Assembly: GCA_017854485.1 (NCBI GenBank)
Contig: JAFMHN010000002.1
Location: 7,755-71,754 of the forward strand
Length of the DNA stretch: 64,000 nucleotides
Origin: Aquiluna sp.
GTDB taxonomy: Bacteria; Actinomycetota; Actinomycetes; Actinomycetales; Microbacteriaceae
Direction of reading: 5' to 3'
Shown: one piece after another, positions 53,238-64,000 of the stretch
Position numbering within the stretch: the first letter of the stretch is position 1
Layout: each line of letters begins with the position of its first letter
The notes under the pieces: generated by a model
Database searches by the model: none
Seen by the model: the letters and a program-made list of their open reading frames with translations, nothing else
Told to the model about the DNA's origin: nothing
Translations under genes and position numbers: made by a program

Positions 53238-54485
53238 CTACTTTCGCTCAGATGCATCGGTGTAAGGCTTGGCGATAACCAGGGCCGCAATGAAGCTTGG
53301 AATCAACACCTCTACGAATATCACCGCCGCGAACACAGCCGAATCAGCGCCAACTTGACCAAGCCTGCCGGGACCAAAGCTTCCCGAGGCCAGCGAGCTG
53401 ATCAGGAAGGTCACAACGCTTGCAGTCAGTGCCGCGACAAAGGACAGTGATAGTGCACCGGTGAGCCTTGTGCCATACTCCCAGCGCAACTGATCGGCGT
53501 GTTTTGCAACAAACAGCGTCGCCAAAAGCGACGCGATTATTGGGACCAGAATAAACAGCAGGCCTCGCTCAGAACCGCCGACCGGAACCGCTGCGAATAC
53601 CGGCAGTGCCGGGATTGGCCCAAGTTCGGTTGCAAATGGCGAGACGTAAGAGCCGTTGCCGATTGCGAATCCTGCCCCAGAAATCCATGCAGCCCCGTAG
53701 ACAATCAGGTTTGGCAGCACCGCCAATTGCCCCAGGGTAAGCATTACCCCGCCAAGAACGCTCAGGCCCAACCCCTGATAAAAGCCGATCACCTGCACCC
53801 AGCCGAATCCAAGCGCCAGAGCAATCAACAGCGAGCTAGTCAATATCAGAGTGGCAACAACGGACAGACCAACCCGAACGCCGGGGTTGAGGGCAGTCCT
53901 AATGGACCAGTGGAGTTTTGAGTAGGCGCCGGCAGCCAGCGATCTAAGCCAAATTCGTTCCTGGGCCTCTGGGCCGTTTGCTCCTTCGAATAGCTCGAAT
54001 CTAGGTCCAGAAACTGAAGCAATCACGAGCAGTGAGCCAAACAGCAGTGCTGGGATGTAAATGGGGGCGTACTGATCGACCAAAACCGCTGGGTCTGCCG
54101 CCAGAGCGCTCAGCCCGTAACTGATTCCGCCAAATGCGACAGCGCCGCCTAACCATGCTGGCCAGAGTGAACTTGAAGCTGAGAGGCGGTGACCAATTCT
54201 GATCGCCATCATGGCGATGACCATTGTTAGCCCAAGCGGCAACGCCGTCATGTAGAAGGCATCGAAACTAAAACCGACTATCTGACCGCTTGCGAAACCA
54301 ATCGGGACTCCGCAGGCAAGCAAGAAGGCGTAGACGGCCACTTTCAGAGCAACGATCCATTCAATTTGGCCGTCGCCCTCAATAAACCAGACAAGTGTCA
54401 GCGGGGCAACAATGATGCCGACCACCGTGGCAATGATGATCAGTGCCTGCAGTGCGGCTATGGCGAAACTAAGCCCCCGATTCAC
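53238..54485 (-). CDS. Integral membrane protein, PerM/DUF6350-like
   Basis: About 10 TM helices; PLGLT, LPNL...GAGF and GPIPALP motifs; sits between sucD and purN like mycobacterial perM. Confidence 0.75.
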   Translation of the reverse strand: MNRGLSFAIAALQALIIIATVVGIIVAPLTLVWFIEGDGQIEWIVALKVAVYAFLLACGVPIGFASGQIVGFSFDAFYMTALPLGLTMVIAMMAIRIGHRLSASSSLWPAWLGGAVAFGGISYGLSALAADPAVLVDQYAPIYIPALLFGSLLVIASVSGPRFELFEGANGPEAQERIWLRSLAAGAYSKLHWSIRTALNPGVRVGLSVVATLILTSSLLIALALGFGWVQVIGFYQGLGLSVLGGVMLTLGQLAVLPNLIVYGAAWISGAGFAIGNGSYVSPFATELGPIPALPVFAAVPVGGSERGLLFILVPIIASLLATLFVAKHADQLRWEYGTRLTGALSLSFVAALTASVVTFLISSLASGSFGPGRLGQVGADSAVFAAVIFVEVLIPSFIAALVIAKPYTDASERK

Positions 54486-54491
54486 GGCTCG

Positions 54492-55379
54492 CTATAGGTT
54501 TGCGATGATATCGCGCATCAAGCTGGCGGTCTCTGAAGGAGTCTTTCCAACCTTTACGCCAACGGCCTCAAATGCTTCCTTCTTTGCCTGAGCAGTTCCA
54601 GCAGACCCAGAAACAATCGCACCGGCGTGACCCATGGTCTTGCCCTCTGGAGCTGTAAACCCGGCAACGTATGCAACGACTGGCTTGGTAACGTGCTTGG
54701 AAATATACTCGGCAGCCTTTTCCTCGCTGTCACCACCGATTTCACCAATCAACACAATCGCCTTGGTCTCTGGATCATTCTCAAAGGCCTCAAGCGCGTC
54801 GATGTGGGTGGTACCGATGACTGGGTCGCCACCGATTCCAATACCGGTTGTAAATCCGATGTCGCGAAGCTCAAACATCATCTGATAGGTCAGAGTTCCG
54901 GACTTGGAAACAAGCCCAATTGGACCCTGTCCGGTGATGTTCCATGGAGTAATTCCAGCATTTGACTGGCCCGGACTGATGATTCCAGGGCAGTTAGGGC
55001 CGATAAGCCTGGTCTTTAGACCCTTCTCAACGTTGTATGCCCAAGCAGATGCTGAGTCGTGAACTGGAATGCCCTCGGTGATTGCAACGGCCAACGGAAT
55101 CTCGGCATCAATTGCTTCGATAATCGCAGCCTTTGCAAAAGCTGGTGGCACGAAAATAACAGAGACGTTTGCCCCGGTTTCAGCCATTGCCTCTTGAACG
55201 GTGCCGAATACCGGCAGCGACTTACCTTCAACTTCTACGGTCTCTCCCGCTTTTCTTGGGTTTACACCGCCAACGATGTTTGAGCCACCTGCCAGCATGC
55301 GCTGGGTGTGCTTCATTCCCTCAGCACCAGTCATGCCCTGAACGATGATGCGGGAATCTGAGTTTAGAAAAATTGCCAT
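54492..55379 (-). CDS. sucD: Succinyl-CoA synthetase alpha subunit
   Basis: [24 protein letters not shown] and phospho-His MGHAGA motifs. Confidence 0.97.
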   Translation of the reverse strand: MAIFLNSDSRIIVQGMTGAEGMKHTQRMLAGGSNIVGGVNPRKAGETVEVEGKSLPVFGTVQEAMAETGANVSVIFVPPAFAKAAIIEAIDAEIPLAVAITEGIPVHDSASAWAYNVEKGLKTRLIGPNCPGIISPGQSNAGITPWNITGQGPIGLVSKSGTLTYQMMFELRDIGFTTGIGIGGDPVIGTTHIDALEAFENDPETKAIVLIGEIGGDSEEKAAEYISKHVTKPVVAYVAGFTAPEGKTMGHAGAIVSGSAGTAQAKKEAFEAVGVKVGKTPSETASLMRDIIANL

Positions 55380-55390
55380 GATTTACTTTC

Positions 55391-56548
55391 TTACCTGTTC
55401 GCCAGCTCGGCTGCGGTGCTCGCGCCACCATCCATGGTGTCTGCCAGCGCCACCAGTGGGTGGTTGAATTCCTTCAGAATGGTTCGACCTTCGTCGACAT
55501 TGTTGCCGTCTAGCCGCACGACCAATGGCTTGGATGCCTTTGAACCAAGCGTGTTCAGCGCACCAACGATTCCGTTTGCAACGGCGTCACAGGCAGTGAT
55601 TCCACCGAATACGTTTACGAACACGCTCTTGACCTGTGGGTCATTCAAGATCACGTCGAGTCCTGCTGCCATGACCTCGGCTGATGCTCCACCACCGATG
55701 TCAAGGAAGTTAGCTGGCTTTACGCCACCGTGGCTTTCGCCGGCATAGGCAACGACATCCAAGGTCGACATAACAAGTCCGGCACCGTTTCCAATGATTC
55801 CAACTTCGCCATCGAGCTTCACGTAGTTCAGGTCCATTGCCTTGGCCTTGGCCTCCAATGGATCCAAAGCATCGCGCTCCATCTGATCGCGCTCGTGACG
55901 GAAGTCAGCGTTCTCATCCAGAGTGACCTTGCCATCAAGGGCAAGAATCTGGCCGTCCTCGGTTAGAACCAGTGGGTTCACCTCGACTAGAGTCGCGTCT
56001 TCTTTTTCAAAGACTTCGTAAAGCTTCACGATCACATCGCTCACGGCATCAACCAGTTCGTCTGGGAAGCCGCCGGCTTTGGTGATCTCGACGGCCTTGG
56101 CCTTGTCGATTCCACTTACCGCAGAAACTGGAATCCGAGCCAGCGCCTCTGGGCGCTCAACTGCCAGCTGCTCAATCTCCATTCCACCCTCTACAGAGCA
56201 GAGCGACAGGAAGGTTCGGTTTGAGCGGTCTAGCAAGACTGAAAAGTAGAACTCCTGAGCAATCTTCGCTCCCTGAGCAATCATCACGCGCTTGACGACG
56301 TGACCCTTAATGTCCAGCCCGAGGATTTCCTCGGCCTTTTCCTTTGCTTCCTGGGGACTGTGAGCGACTTTAACGCCACCGGCCTTGCCGCGCCCTCCAG
56401 TTTTTACCTGGGCTTTGACAACAACAGTGCCGCCAATTGCGGCCGCTGCAGCTTCAGCTTCTTCAGGTGTATCGGCGATTCGACCTTGTAAAACTGGAAC
56501 TCCGTAGTTTTCAAAAAGGTCGCGGGCTTGATATTCAAATAGATCCAC
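55391..56548 (-). CDS. sucC: Succinyl-CoA synthetase beta subunit
   Basis: [30 protein letters not shown] and FGGIT motifs. Confidence 0.97.
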   Translation of the reverse strand: MDLFEYQARDLFENYGVPVLQGRIADTPEEAEAAAAAIGGTVVVKAQVKTGGRGKAGGVKVAHSPQEAKEKAEEILGLDIKGHVVKRVMIAQGAKIAQEFYFSVLLDRSNRTFLSLCSVEGGMEIEQLAVERPEALARIPVSAVSGIDKAKAVEITKAGGFPDELVDAVSDVIVKLYEVFEKEDATLVEVNPLVLTEDGQILALDGKVTLDENADFRHERDQMERDALDPLEAKAKAMDLNYVKLDGEVGIIGNGAGLVMSTLDVVAYAGESHGGVKPANFLDIGGGASAEVMAAGLDVILNDPQVKSVFVNVFGGITACDAVANGIVGALNTLGSKASKPLVVRLDGNNVDEGRTILKEFNHPLVALADTMDGGASTAAELANR

Positions 56549-56618
56549 AGTGGTCTTTCAGTTCTTGAGCCAACGTTCAACCAGACAAGTCTAGCGATTC
56601 AAAAAACCCAATTTGACC

Positions 56619-58889
56619 TTAGAGCTTGGTTATTGGTGCCATTTTCACCAAGAGCCGCTTGGTCACGCCAGAATCAAACCTAACCTCGGCTGTCTGTCTA
56701 GGGTTTGTACCAGAAACGGTGATGACTTGGCCGTTGCCAAAAGTGTCGTGATTGACTTTGTCACCGACCGCCAATTCAAGGTCCTTGTTATCTCGAAGCG
56801 CACTTGGGGTGTTGATGGCACCCTTCCAACTGGGTGAGGGACGATCCGGACGGCTCGCGGTGCTGGAAATCGAACGCTCAGTTCCTTCAGCCTCCACAAG
56901 CTCTTGGGGAATGTCCGCCAAGAACATTGAGGCCATGAATCCGGAGGTGTTGCCAAAAAGAGTGCGCTGCAGCGCGTGAGAGATGAACAGCTGCTCCCTG
57001 GCCCTGGTCATTCCCACGTACATCAGCCTGCGCTCTTCCTGCAGTCCACCCGGTTCATCAAATGCGCGAATGTGAGGCAGTGTTCCCTGCTCAAGGCCAA
57101 TCATGAACACGACCTGGTATTCAAGTCCCTTTGCCGTGTGCAGGGTCATCAGAGACAAGCTTCCGGATTCGTCTTCAATCTCATCGGCGGCGGCGGCCAG
57201 CGTCACCTCAGCCAAGTAGTCGGCTACGGTTCCCTCCGGATACATCGCCTGCCATTCGTAGAGTTGCCCAAGCAGTGCATCAAGGTTTTCGACCCGGGCC
57301 TCGTCTTGCGGGTCCCTAGAAATCTCCAATTCATTTCGATAGCCAGACCTGGTCAGAGCAACCTTCAACACGTCAGCCGGTCCATCGGTGGCAGTCATTG
57401 CCTCGAGCTCATTCAGTAGCTCGCCAAACCCCTGCACCGCTGCAGTGAGCTTTGGCCCAAGACCCATGTCGCTTGAGTAGAGCAGCGCCTGCCTGAAACT
57501 AATTTCGTTGTCGCGCGCTAGCTGGGCAATCTTCAGCTCTGTTTTTTGCCCAATGCCGCGGGCTGGGGTGTTTATGACTCGCCTGACCGCTTCATCATCT
57601 CGGCCGTTTGAAATCGCCGAAAGGTAGCCAAGCGCGTCCTTGATTTCCTTGCGTTCAAAAAACTTCAAGCCACCGATCACGGCATAGGGAATTAGCTGGC
57701 TCTTTAGCTCGGCTTCCAGAGGTGGCGTCAATGAATTGGTTCGGTAGAGCACCGCCATGTCTCGATAGTTCACGCCCTCTTCGTGGAGCTTTTTGACTCT
57801 ATCCACAACAAAAGCTGCCTCGTTGCGCTCGTCGTAGCCAGTGAATAAGACAACCTTGTTGCCCGCCCCAGAGTCGGTCCACAGGTTCTTTGCCGGACGA
57901 TACGGGTTCTGGGAAATGACAGAGTTTGCAGCAGACAGAATGTTTTGGGTTGACCTATAGTTTTGCTCCAGGAGAATCGTCTTGGCCCCGGGAAAATCAC
58001 GCTCAAACTCGGTGATGTTTCTGATGTCCGCACCACGGAAGGCATAGATAGATTGATCCGAATCGCCAACGACCGTCAGGTCTGATGGCCCCAACTGCTC
58101 ACCGGTCTTGTCGTCGTAATTCGCGTATTCGTCAGGCAGTGGCTTCGTAAACTCGCGAATCAGCGCATATTGGGCGTGGTTGGTGTCCTGGTACTCATCA
58201 ACCAGAATGTGCCGAAAGCGCTTTTGGTACCTTGCCCTCAGCTCTGGGAAAGCCTGTAGCAAGCCCACCGTCTCTGATATCAGGTCATCGAAATCGAATG
58301 CGTTATTGCGGCGCAGTTCATTGGTATATGCCTGAAACACATCGGCAACGATGCGTTCCTTGGGGTTGGATCGATCGGCATTGCGAGCGAAGTCCTCTGC
58401 ATCCTTGAGTTCATTCTTCGCATTCGAGATGATGGCTGCTGCTTGCGCTGGCTTGATGTCAGCATCCTCGGCCCCTGCCTCGCGAAGCAGCCGCCTAAGT
58501 AGTGCTCTGGTGTCACCGGTGTCATAAACGCTGAAGTTGGAATCGTGGCCGAGCCGGTCAGCTTCGCGCCGCAAAATCTGCAAACAGGCCGAGTGGAAGG
58601 TCTTCAGCCACATCCCCTGGCCCGCCTGTCCAATCAACTGCTCGACTCGCTCGCGCATCTCAGCCGCAGCCTTATTGGTAAACGTGATTGCCAAAATCTG
58701 CGAAGGCCAGATTTCCCTATTGGCCAAGAGGTGAGCCATGCGGTGGGTCAGCACTCTGGTTTTTCCGGATCCCGCTCCAGCAACTATCAGAAGTGCTCGA
58801 CCGCGGTACTGAACCGCCTCCTGCTGCTGCGGATTCAACCCAATCAGCAAGTCATCGGGGTTCGTATTATCAAAAATCTCTAGGGACAT
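56619..58889 (-). CDS. pcrA: ATP-dependent DNA helicase PcrA/UvrD
   Basis: AGAGSGKT, DEYQD, GDSDQSIY, NYRST, TLHTAKGLE, EERRLMYV and C-terminal Tudor-like domain. Confidence 0.96.
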   Translation of the reverse strand: MSLEIFDNTNPDDLLIGLNPQQQEAVQYRGRALLIVAGAGSGKTRVLTHRMAHLLANREIWPSQILAITFTNKAAAEMRERVEQLIGQAGQGMWLKTFHSACLQILRREADRLGHDSNFSVYDTGDTRALLRRLLREAGAEDADIKPAQAAAIISNAKNELKDAEDFARNADRSNPKERIVADVFQAYTNELRRNNAFDFDDLISETVGLLQAFPELRARYQKRFRHILVDEYQDTNHAQYALIREFTKPLPDEYANYDDKTGEQLGPSDLTVVGDSDQSIYAFRGADIRNITEFERDFPGAKTILLEQNYRSTQNILSAANSVISQNPYRPAKNLWTDSGAGNKVVLFTGYDERNEAAFVVDRVKKLHEEGVNYRDMAVLYRTNSLTPPLEAELKSQLIPYAVIGGLKFFERKEIKDALGYLSAISNGRDDEAVRRVINTPARGIGQKTELKIAQLARDNEISFRQALLYSSDMGLGPKLTAAVQGFGELLNELEAMTATDGPADVLKVALTRSGYRNELEISRDPQDEARVENLDALLGQLYEWQAMYPEGTVADYLAEVTLAAAADEIEDESGSLSLMTLHTAKGLEYQVVFMIGLEQGTLPHIRAFDEPGGLQEERRLMYVGMTRAREQLFISHALQRTLFGNTSGFMASMFLADIPQELVEAEGTERSISSTASRPDRPSPSWKGAINTPSALRDNKDLELAVGDKVNHDTFGNGQVITVSGTNPRQTAEVRFDSGVTKRLLVKMAPITKL

Positions 58890-58900
58890 CGCCTCGTAGC

Positions 58901-59749
58901 CTAGGTGAGGTCTGCGACTGTTTTGAGTAGCAAATCGGGCTGGTCGGCAAAGATTCCGTCAACTCCGGTTGCAACCAAGCGCTCAAACCACTTTTCTAAA
59001 TTGCCCTCAGCTGTCTCGGCCCTTGCAGTGAAGGCATAGAGAGGCAGTCCGGTTGCGCGAACCCGCTGAACTAGATCACCGGATAAAACCATCGACATTG
59101 CAACCGAAAGACCATCAAACTCCCTGGCAATTTCTGCAAGCAGCTCATCGGTGAGGTTTGACTCACTGGCTGGAAGAGTGTCTCGTGCGCTTAGGAAGAC
59201 ACAGTCGACCGACTGAGGCAGCTGCTTTCGAACCCTAGCCAGAAAGTCAAACTCAAAGCACTCCAGGGTTATCTTCATTCCGCGTTCAACAAAGTTGCTA
59301 TCGGCAAGCAACTTGGAGACGACACCAATCGGATCCAGGCCAAGCTTTTCAAAGTGAGCCCCGTGCTTGAATTCAATGATCAGGTGCCTGTTATCGAAAG
59401 CGGGGTTCTGAAGAACTTGCTTCAAGGTTGGAATAAAGAATCTGCCATCGAAGGCGGCCGACTCGGTCCTGCCATCTGGGTAACGCTCCTTGGCCCGAAG
59501 CCGCTGCAGGTCTTCAAGTGTCAGTTCATCAACTTTGGTCGAAAGGAAACTGTGATTACCTATGTCGGTAGTGCTCACTAGGTCTAGATCATGACGAATG
59601 ACTGGGTGTCCGTCTTTTGTAAAGACCACGTCAAATTCAACCGCATCTGCACCTTGATCAAAAGCTAATTCCAGTGACTCCATGGTGTTTTCCGGCAGGT
59701 AGCCGCACGCCCCACGGTGGCCAAAAACTAACACGCTATTCCCATTCAA
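58901..59749 (-). CDS. Glycerophosphodiester phosphodiesterase family protein
   Basis: GHRGA...ENT, EFDV...DG...HD and GIFADQP motifs. Confidence 0.9.
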   Translation of the reverse strand: MNGNSVLVFGHRGACGYLPENTMESLELAFDQGADAVEFDVVFTKDGHPVIRHDLDLVSTTDIGNHSFLSTKVDELTLEDLQRLRAKERYPDGRTESAAFDGRFFIPTLKQVLQNPAFDNRHLIIEFKHGAHFEKLGLDPIGVVSKLLADSNFVERGMKITLECFEFDFLARVRKQLPQSVDCVFLSARDTLPASESNLTDELLAEIAREFDGLSVAMSMVLSGDLVQRVRATGLPLYAFTARAETAEGNLEKWFERLVATGVDGIFADQPDLLLKTVADLT

Positions 59750-61289
59750 TCGTGCCGGGAGGCTTCGAAGTTATATCCAGCACAACTCGGTTCACATCGT
59801 GAACCTCATTTGTGATTCGGTTTGAAATCTTTGCGAGCAAGTCGTATGGAAGCCTTGACCAGTCAGCGGTCATCGCATCCTCAGACGAAACTGGTCGAAG
59901 CACGATTGGGTGCCCGTAGCTGCGGCCGTCGCCCTGAACGCCAACCGACCTCACCTCTGCCAAGAGCACAACTGGGCACTGCCAAATCTCTTTATCCTGG
60001 CCAGCCTTTGTTAGCTCCTCGCGGGCAATCGCATCTGCCTGCCTCAAAAGATCCAGGCGTTCCTTGGTTACCTCACCAACAATTCTGATTCCAAGGCCGG
60101 GTCCGGGAAACGGCTGCCTAGAAACAATTTCGTCTGGTAGTCCCAGCTCAGCCCCGATTGCTCTGACCTCGTCTTTGAAAAGCTCGCGGAGCGGTTCGAC
60201 CAACTCAAACTGCAAGTCCTCCGGCAGCCCGCCGACGTTGTGGTGACTCTTGATGCCGGCGGTTGCACCGCCGCCAGATTCAACAACGTCCGGGTAAAGA
60301 GTTCCCTGCACCAAGAACTTGATTGGCCTGTTATCCGCCTCGGCCTCGGCCAGAAGTTTTGCCTCAGCTTGCTCGAAACTGCGAATAAATTCGCGACCGA
60401 TAATTTTGCGCTTTTGCTCCGGGTCACTTACTCCCTTGAGTGCCTCAAGGAAAACATCCTCGGCACTCTCGGTCACCAGCCTGATTCCTGTGGCAGCTAC
60501 ATAGTCGCGCTCCACCTGCTCTTTTTCACCCTCGCGCAACAGACCGTGATCCACAAACACGGCAGTCAGTTGGTCGCCAACGGCTTTGTGAACAAGCGCA
60601 GCAGCCACTGCCGAGTCAACGCCACCGGAGAGCCCACAGATCACCCGAGCATCACCAACCTGCGCGCGTATCTTCTCAACCTGTTCGGCAATTACATTTC
60701 CTGAGTTCCAGGTCGGTGAAATTCCTGCACCCTCATAAAGGAAGTTCTTCAGAACCTGTTGCCCCTGCTCGGAGTGCTTGACTTCCGGGTGCCACTGCAC
60801 GCCGTAAATGCGCTTTTCCTTAGACTCGAAAGCGGCAACTGGGGTGGTTTGGGTGGAGGCTAGGACCTCAAATCCAGGCGGCGCCTCCATAACCTGGTCA
60901 CCGTGGCTCATCCAGCAAATCTGAGTAACGGGCTGGTCACCCAGCAGTGTGCCGTTGACCGAAACGCTTAGCTCGGTAGCTCCGTACTCCCGCTTGCCGG
61001 TTTTATCGACTCGGCCGCCAAGGGCTGCAGCCAAAACCTGAAAGCCGTAGCAGATGCCGAGGATTGGGATTCCTAGCTTCAGAATGTCCGGGTCCAGCGA
61101 AGGCGACCCTGGTTCGTAAACACTTGATGGCCCTCCCGACAAAATGATTGCCGCTGGGTCCTTGGCTGAAACTTCGCTTGCGGTTGCAGTGTGATGAATT
61201 ATCTCGGAGTAGACGTTGGCCTCTCGGACCCGTCTGGCTATCAGCTGGGCATACTGAGCGCCAAAATCAACCACCAAAACCGGCTTCAT
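59736..61289 (-). CDS. guaA: GMP synthase (glutamine-hydrolysing)
   Basis: [32 protein letters not shown] and KPPGTIEWE motifs. Confidence 0.97.
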   Translation of the reverse strand: MKPVLVVDFGAQYAQLIARRVREANVYSEIIHHTATASEVSAKDPAAIILSGGPSSVYEPGSPSLDPDILKLGIPILGICYGFQVLAAALGGRVDKTGKREYGATELSVSVNGTLLGDQPVTQICWMSHGDQVMEAPPGFEVLASTQTTPVAAFESKEKRIYGVQWHPEVKHSEQGQQVLKNFLYEGAGISPTWNSGNVIAEQVEKIRAQVGDARVICGLSGGVDSAVAAALVHKAVGDQLTAVFVDHGLLREGEKEQVERDYVAATGIRLVTESAEDVFLEALKGVSDPEQKRKIIGREFIRSFEQAEAKLLAEAEADNRPIKFLVQGTLYPDVVESGGGATAGIKSHHNVGGLPEDLQFELVEPLRELFKDEVRAIGAELGLPDEIVSRQPFPGPGLGIRIVGEVTKERLDLLRQADAIAREELTKAGQDKEIWQCPVVLLAEVRSVGVQGDGRSYGHPIVLRPVSSEDAMTADWSRLPYDLLAKISNRITNEVHDVNRVVLDITSKPPGTIEWE

Positions 61290-61720
61290 TACTTACCTAA
61301 CTTTTCGAGTTCAAGCTGGGCTAGCTTCGCGTAGCGAGCCTCCGTATAGAAACTAAGTAGCGGCACTACGCCGCCCAGAGCAATCAACAAGAACCTGATA
61401 AATGACCAACGCATCAGAGTCCATACTCTGAAGTCAGCAAACAGGTAAACCACATAGAGCCAGCCATGGATGATCAGGATCCAGACAGTCAGGTTGATAC
61501 CAACATCCGGCAATCCTTCGCCATCAACTCCATACTGCTCAAAAGTCAGAAACCCGTTCGGCCCAAACAGCCACAGGTCGAAGCCCAGAAACGGCAGTCG
61601 CCTAATTCCCCAAGTGATCATGAGCAGAATTAGGAATGTTCCGGTTACGTAGGACGAGACCTTATAGAACTTAAGGACCTTCTGAATTTGTGGAACTTGG
61701 CTTGGATTCACACCTGACAT
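61289..61720 (-). CDS. DUF3817-like small membrane protein
   Basis: Three hydrophobic segments; [10 protein letters not shown] and GGVVPLLSF motifs; TAATG-coupled to guaA. Confidence 0.72.
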   Translation of the reverse strand: MSGVNPSQVPQIQKVLKFYKVSSYVTGTFLILLMITWGIRRLPFLGFDLWLFGPNGFLTFEQYGVDGEGLPDVGINLTVWILIIHGWLYVVYLFADFRVWTLMRWSFIRFLLIALGGVVPLLSFYTEARYAKLAQLELEKLGK

Positions 61721-61730
61721 GCAAACAAGT

Positions 61731-63362
61731 TTAGTTCTCGGAAAAGGCAGTCAAGACCTTGAGCGCTGCCGATTTTGCCTCATCGGCACTCTTACCGGTC
61801 AGGGCAGCCTCAAAAACCTCTCTGGCTTGGTCTTGGGTCACCGCACTCAGCGCCGTTCTCACTGCACCAACCTGGGAGCGTGAGGAAGAAACCGAGTGAA
61901 AGCCCATGCCGGCCAGCACCACAGCGAAGGCTGGATCAGAGGCTGATTCACCACAGACTCCAGAGTAGATTTTCGCATCAGCACAGTTCACGGCTATTTG
62001 CTCCAGCGCGCGAATCAAAGCAGGCTGCCATGGGTTCAGCATCGCACCCAGGGCCGGGTTCATTCGGTCCGAAGCAAACAAGTACTGCGATAGGTCATTA
62101 GTTCCAACGGAGATGAAGTCGAGCTTGCCGGCCAGGTGCGGAATTTCATAAACGAGGCTTGGCGTCTCCACCATCACACCAACCTTGAAATCGCCTGCGC
62201 TTCTGGCTAGTTCTGCAAACTCAATGGCCTCCGAGTAGGTGGCGACCATAGGCGCCATGACCCACACCTCGCGGCCGGACTCCACTCTTGCAAGCTCCAG
62301 GCTTGCAAGCTGATCCAGGATGAAGTCTCGGTGCTGGTTGATAAGTCGGTATCCCCTGACCCCAAGCGCCGGGTTCTCTTCATGACCCATGTCTAAAAAG
62401 GGCACCGGCTTATCGCTACCAGCATCGATGGTTCTGACGACAATTGGGCCCTGAGGGGCTGCGGAGAGAATCTCTGAGTAGGACTTTGCCTGAGCCTCTC
62501 GCGAGGGCTGTGTTTTTGCAGAAAGGTACAGCAGCTCGGTCCTGAATAAGCCAACCCCCTCCGCAGCTGAGGCTGCGGCGGCAATGGCGTCCTCTAGTGA
62601 CCCGATGTTGGCTCGCACCGGAATGATCGGATCTTGGCTCTTGGCAATAAATGAGATTGGTCTGGTGGCTTCAGAGGCTTGACCGCCAACCACGACTCGG
62701 TCTCCGACTGGGTCAACCAAAACCTGCATGCCGTCAACCAGTTCGGCTGCTTGCGAGCAGGAGACAACGGCAGGAATGGATTTTGAGCGACAAATGATTG
62801 CCGTGTGGGAGGTTGGACCACCCTGGATGGTGACAACCCCAACCACAGCCTGGGTGAATTGTGCGGTGTCTGCAGGAGAGAAATCTTCTCCAACAATTAC
62901 AAACCTGCCCTCGGTGGGAAGCTTTAGCCCGATAGAAATGCCAGCAATGCTCGCCGCCACCCGCTTGGCTAAATCGCGGATGTCATTTAGTCGCTCCTCG
63001 AAAGTTGCGTCACCGGCAAACAGTTCTGCATACTGCTCAACCGAATTGACAAATGCGGTTGCCGCATTCCAGCCAGATTCGATTTCGCCAACTGCAGTTT
63101 CAAAAAGTTCCTCGTCTTCCAGCAACATCACTAGCGCTTCAAAAATCTCGGCGGAGGTCTCTCCGGCCTTTTCGGCCAACTGGTTCATTTCCTCAGCCAC
63201 GTCAGCAATGGCCTTTTTTAGCTGCTGGGTCTGTGCGTCCTGGTCGCCTGAGTGTTTGGCAGGCGCTGGTAGTTCGGCGCTTGGCTTGACTCGAAATACT
63301 TCTGCGGCAACGGCCTCAAGGCCGACGCCCATACCGGTAAGGACGGCTCCGTTTGACAGCAA
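61731..63362 (-). CDS. ptsI: PTS Enzyme I (PEP-protein phosphotransferase)
   Basis: Phospho-His GGPTSHTAI, GLFRTE, RTID, ENPALGVRG, SVGTNDL and VCGE motifs. Confidence 0.95.
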   Translation of the reverse strand: MLSNGAVLTGMGVGLEAVAAEVFRVKPSAELPAPAKHSGDQDAQTQQLKKAIADVAEEMNQLAEKAGETSAEIFEALVMLLEDEELFETAVGEIESGWNAATAFVNSVEQYAELFAGDATFEERLNDIRDLAKRVAASIAGISIGLKLPTEGRFVIVGEDFSPADTAQFTQAVVGVVTIQGGPTSHTAIICRSKSIPAVVSCSQAAELVDGMQVLVDPVGDRVVVGGQASEATRPISFIAKSQDPIIPVRANIGSLEDAIAAAASAAEGVGLFRTELLYLSAKTQPSREAQAKSYSEILSAAPQGPIVVRTIDAGSDKPVPFLDMGHEENPALGVRGYRLINQHRDFILDQLASLELARVESGREVWVMAPMVATYSEAIEFAELARSAGDFKVGVMVETPSLVYEIPHLAGKLDFISVGTNDLSQYLFASDRMNPALGAMLNPWQPALIRALEQIAVNCADAKIYSGVCGESASDPAFAVVLAGMGFHSVSSSRSQVGAVRTALSAVTQDQAREVFEAALTGKSADEAKSAALKVLTAFSEN

Positions 63363-63365
63363 ACC

Positions 63366-63635
63366 CTAGCCCTTTAGGAAATCTTGAATCTGCGAAATGA
63401 TTGCCTGCGCTGTGGCGTCATCCTCGGCGTCAACTTCAACGGCTAGCTCCTCGCCGGTCTTTGCCTTCATTGCCATCATTCTCAGTGGTGAGTTTGCCTT
63501 CACTAGGTCCTCGCCAGGCTTGCCCATGCGAACCTCTAGACCGGAGTCTTTGACTAGCTTCACGATCTGACCGGCTGGCCTAGCGTGTAGGCCGATCGGA
63601 TCTAAAACGGTGACTGAGCCTTTGATTGTTGGCAT
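63366..63635 (-). CDS. ptsH: Phosphocarrier protein HPr
   Basis: GLHARPA (His15 motif); AGGAGG SD. Confidence 0.93.
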   Translation of the reverse strand: MPTIKGSVTVLDPIGLHARPAGQIVKLVKDSGLEVRMGKPGEDLVKANSPLRMMAMKAKTGEELAVEVDAEDDATAQAIISQIQDFLKG

Positions 63636-63692
63636 GTTTCCTCCTGGATTTCTAGTGAAATACTAACTAACGCTTGTGGCGCAGTTGGTTGG

Positions 63693-64000
63693 TCATTTGT
63701 GACTAAGTGTCCCCTGGTGCTTCGCAACGGCTTCGGTTAGTTGCTGCTGAAGCGGATGGTCACTTGCAATGCCACAAACCTCCAGAGCAAACTCTGCCGG
63801 TGACAAACTGGCTAGCTTCTGAGCCAACATCGCCACCTCGGGATCCTCATCGTTGCGGAAGTCTAGGGCTGCCTCAATGACTTCCAGGAGTGCTGTTGGA
63901 GACTCACCGTATTCAGCCAATTGGGCAGCTGGACCTATGAGTCGTTCATGGCGCGAGAGCTTGCGCAGTGGTTGGCGTCCGACCCGTTCGACCTGATCAT
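63693..64000 (-). CDS. mtlD: Mannitol-1-phosphate 5-dehydrogenase, C-terminal part (start lies beyond the window)
   Basis: Frame is open to the window edge; manual translation gives DQVERVGRQPLRKLSRHERLIGPA, matching the MtlD motif D-V-RVGR-PLRKL. The ORF-track 75-aa call is only its tail. Confidence 0.88.
   Translation of the reverse strand, partial: DQVERVGRQPLRKLSRHERLIGPAAQLAEYGESPTALLEVIEAALDFRNDEDPEVAMLAQKLASLSPAEFALEVCGIASDHPLQQQLTEAVAKHQGTLSHK

Noticed and set aside
63693-63920. Stand-alone 75-aa hypothetical protein
   Set aside because: The frame stays open to the window edge and carries the MtlD motif; it is the 3' end of mtlD.

Overview
Densely packed, mostly housekeeping region of an actinobacterial chromosome. 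Moderate GC, tiny intergenic spacers and many overlapping genes suggest a genome-streamlined Microbacteriaceae (Aquiluna/Rhodoluna-like); the lineage is inference only. I call 62 CDS, two truncated at the window edges. Gene order follows the known actinobacterial backbone: purE-purK-birA/accD-accE...maf-accA/lpdA/punA-pmmB...add-deoA-cdd...sdhCDAB...trpS...folD-glyA...icd...purH-purN-perM-sucDC-pcrA...guaA. The window also holds a nucleoside BMP/ABC importer, an FMN riboswitch with ribD-ribE-ribBA-ribH, kynU-kynA, three ABC exporter genes and the end of a mannitol PTS operon (mtlD-ptsH-ptsI). I found no tRNA, rRNA, CRISPR array, transposase, integrase or prophage. Best leads: (1) PTS EIIA+EIIB with no EIIC at the tail of the nucleoside operon; (2) a NarL-type two-component pair with a His-less kinase-like partner and a structured 123-nt spacer downstream; (3) -10 boxes built on the upstream gene's stop codon, with TAG the commonest stop (29 of 61); (4) an orphan N6-adenine-type DNA methyltransferase; (5) a glycine-rich/Ig-like surface protein. 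All product calls come from motif recognition, not database searches.
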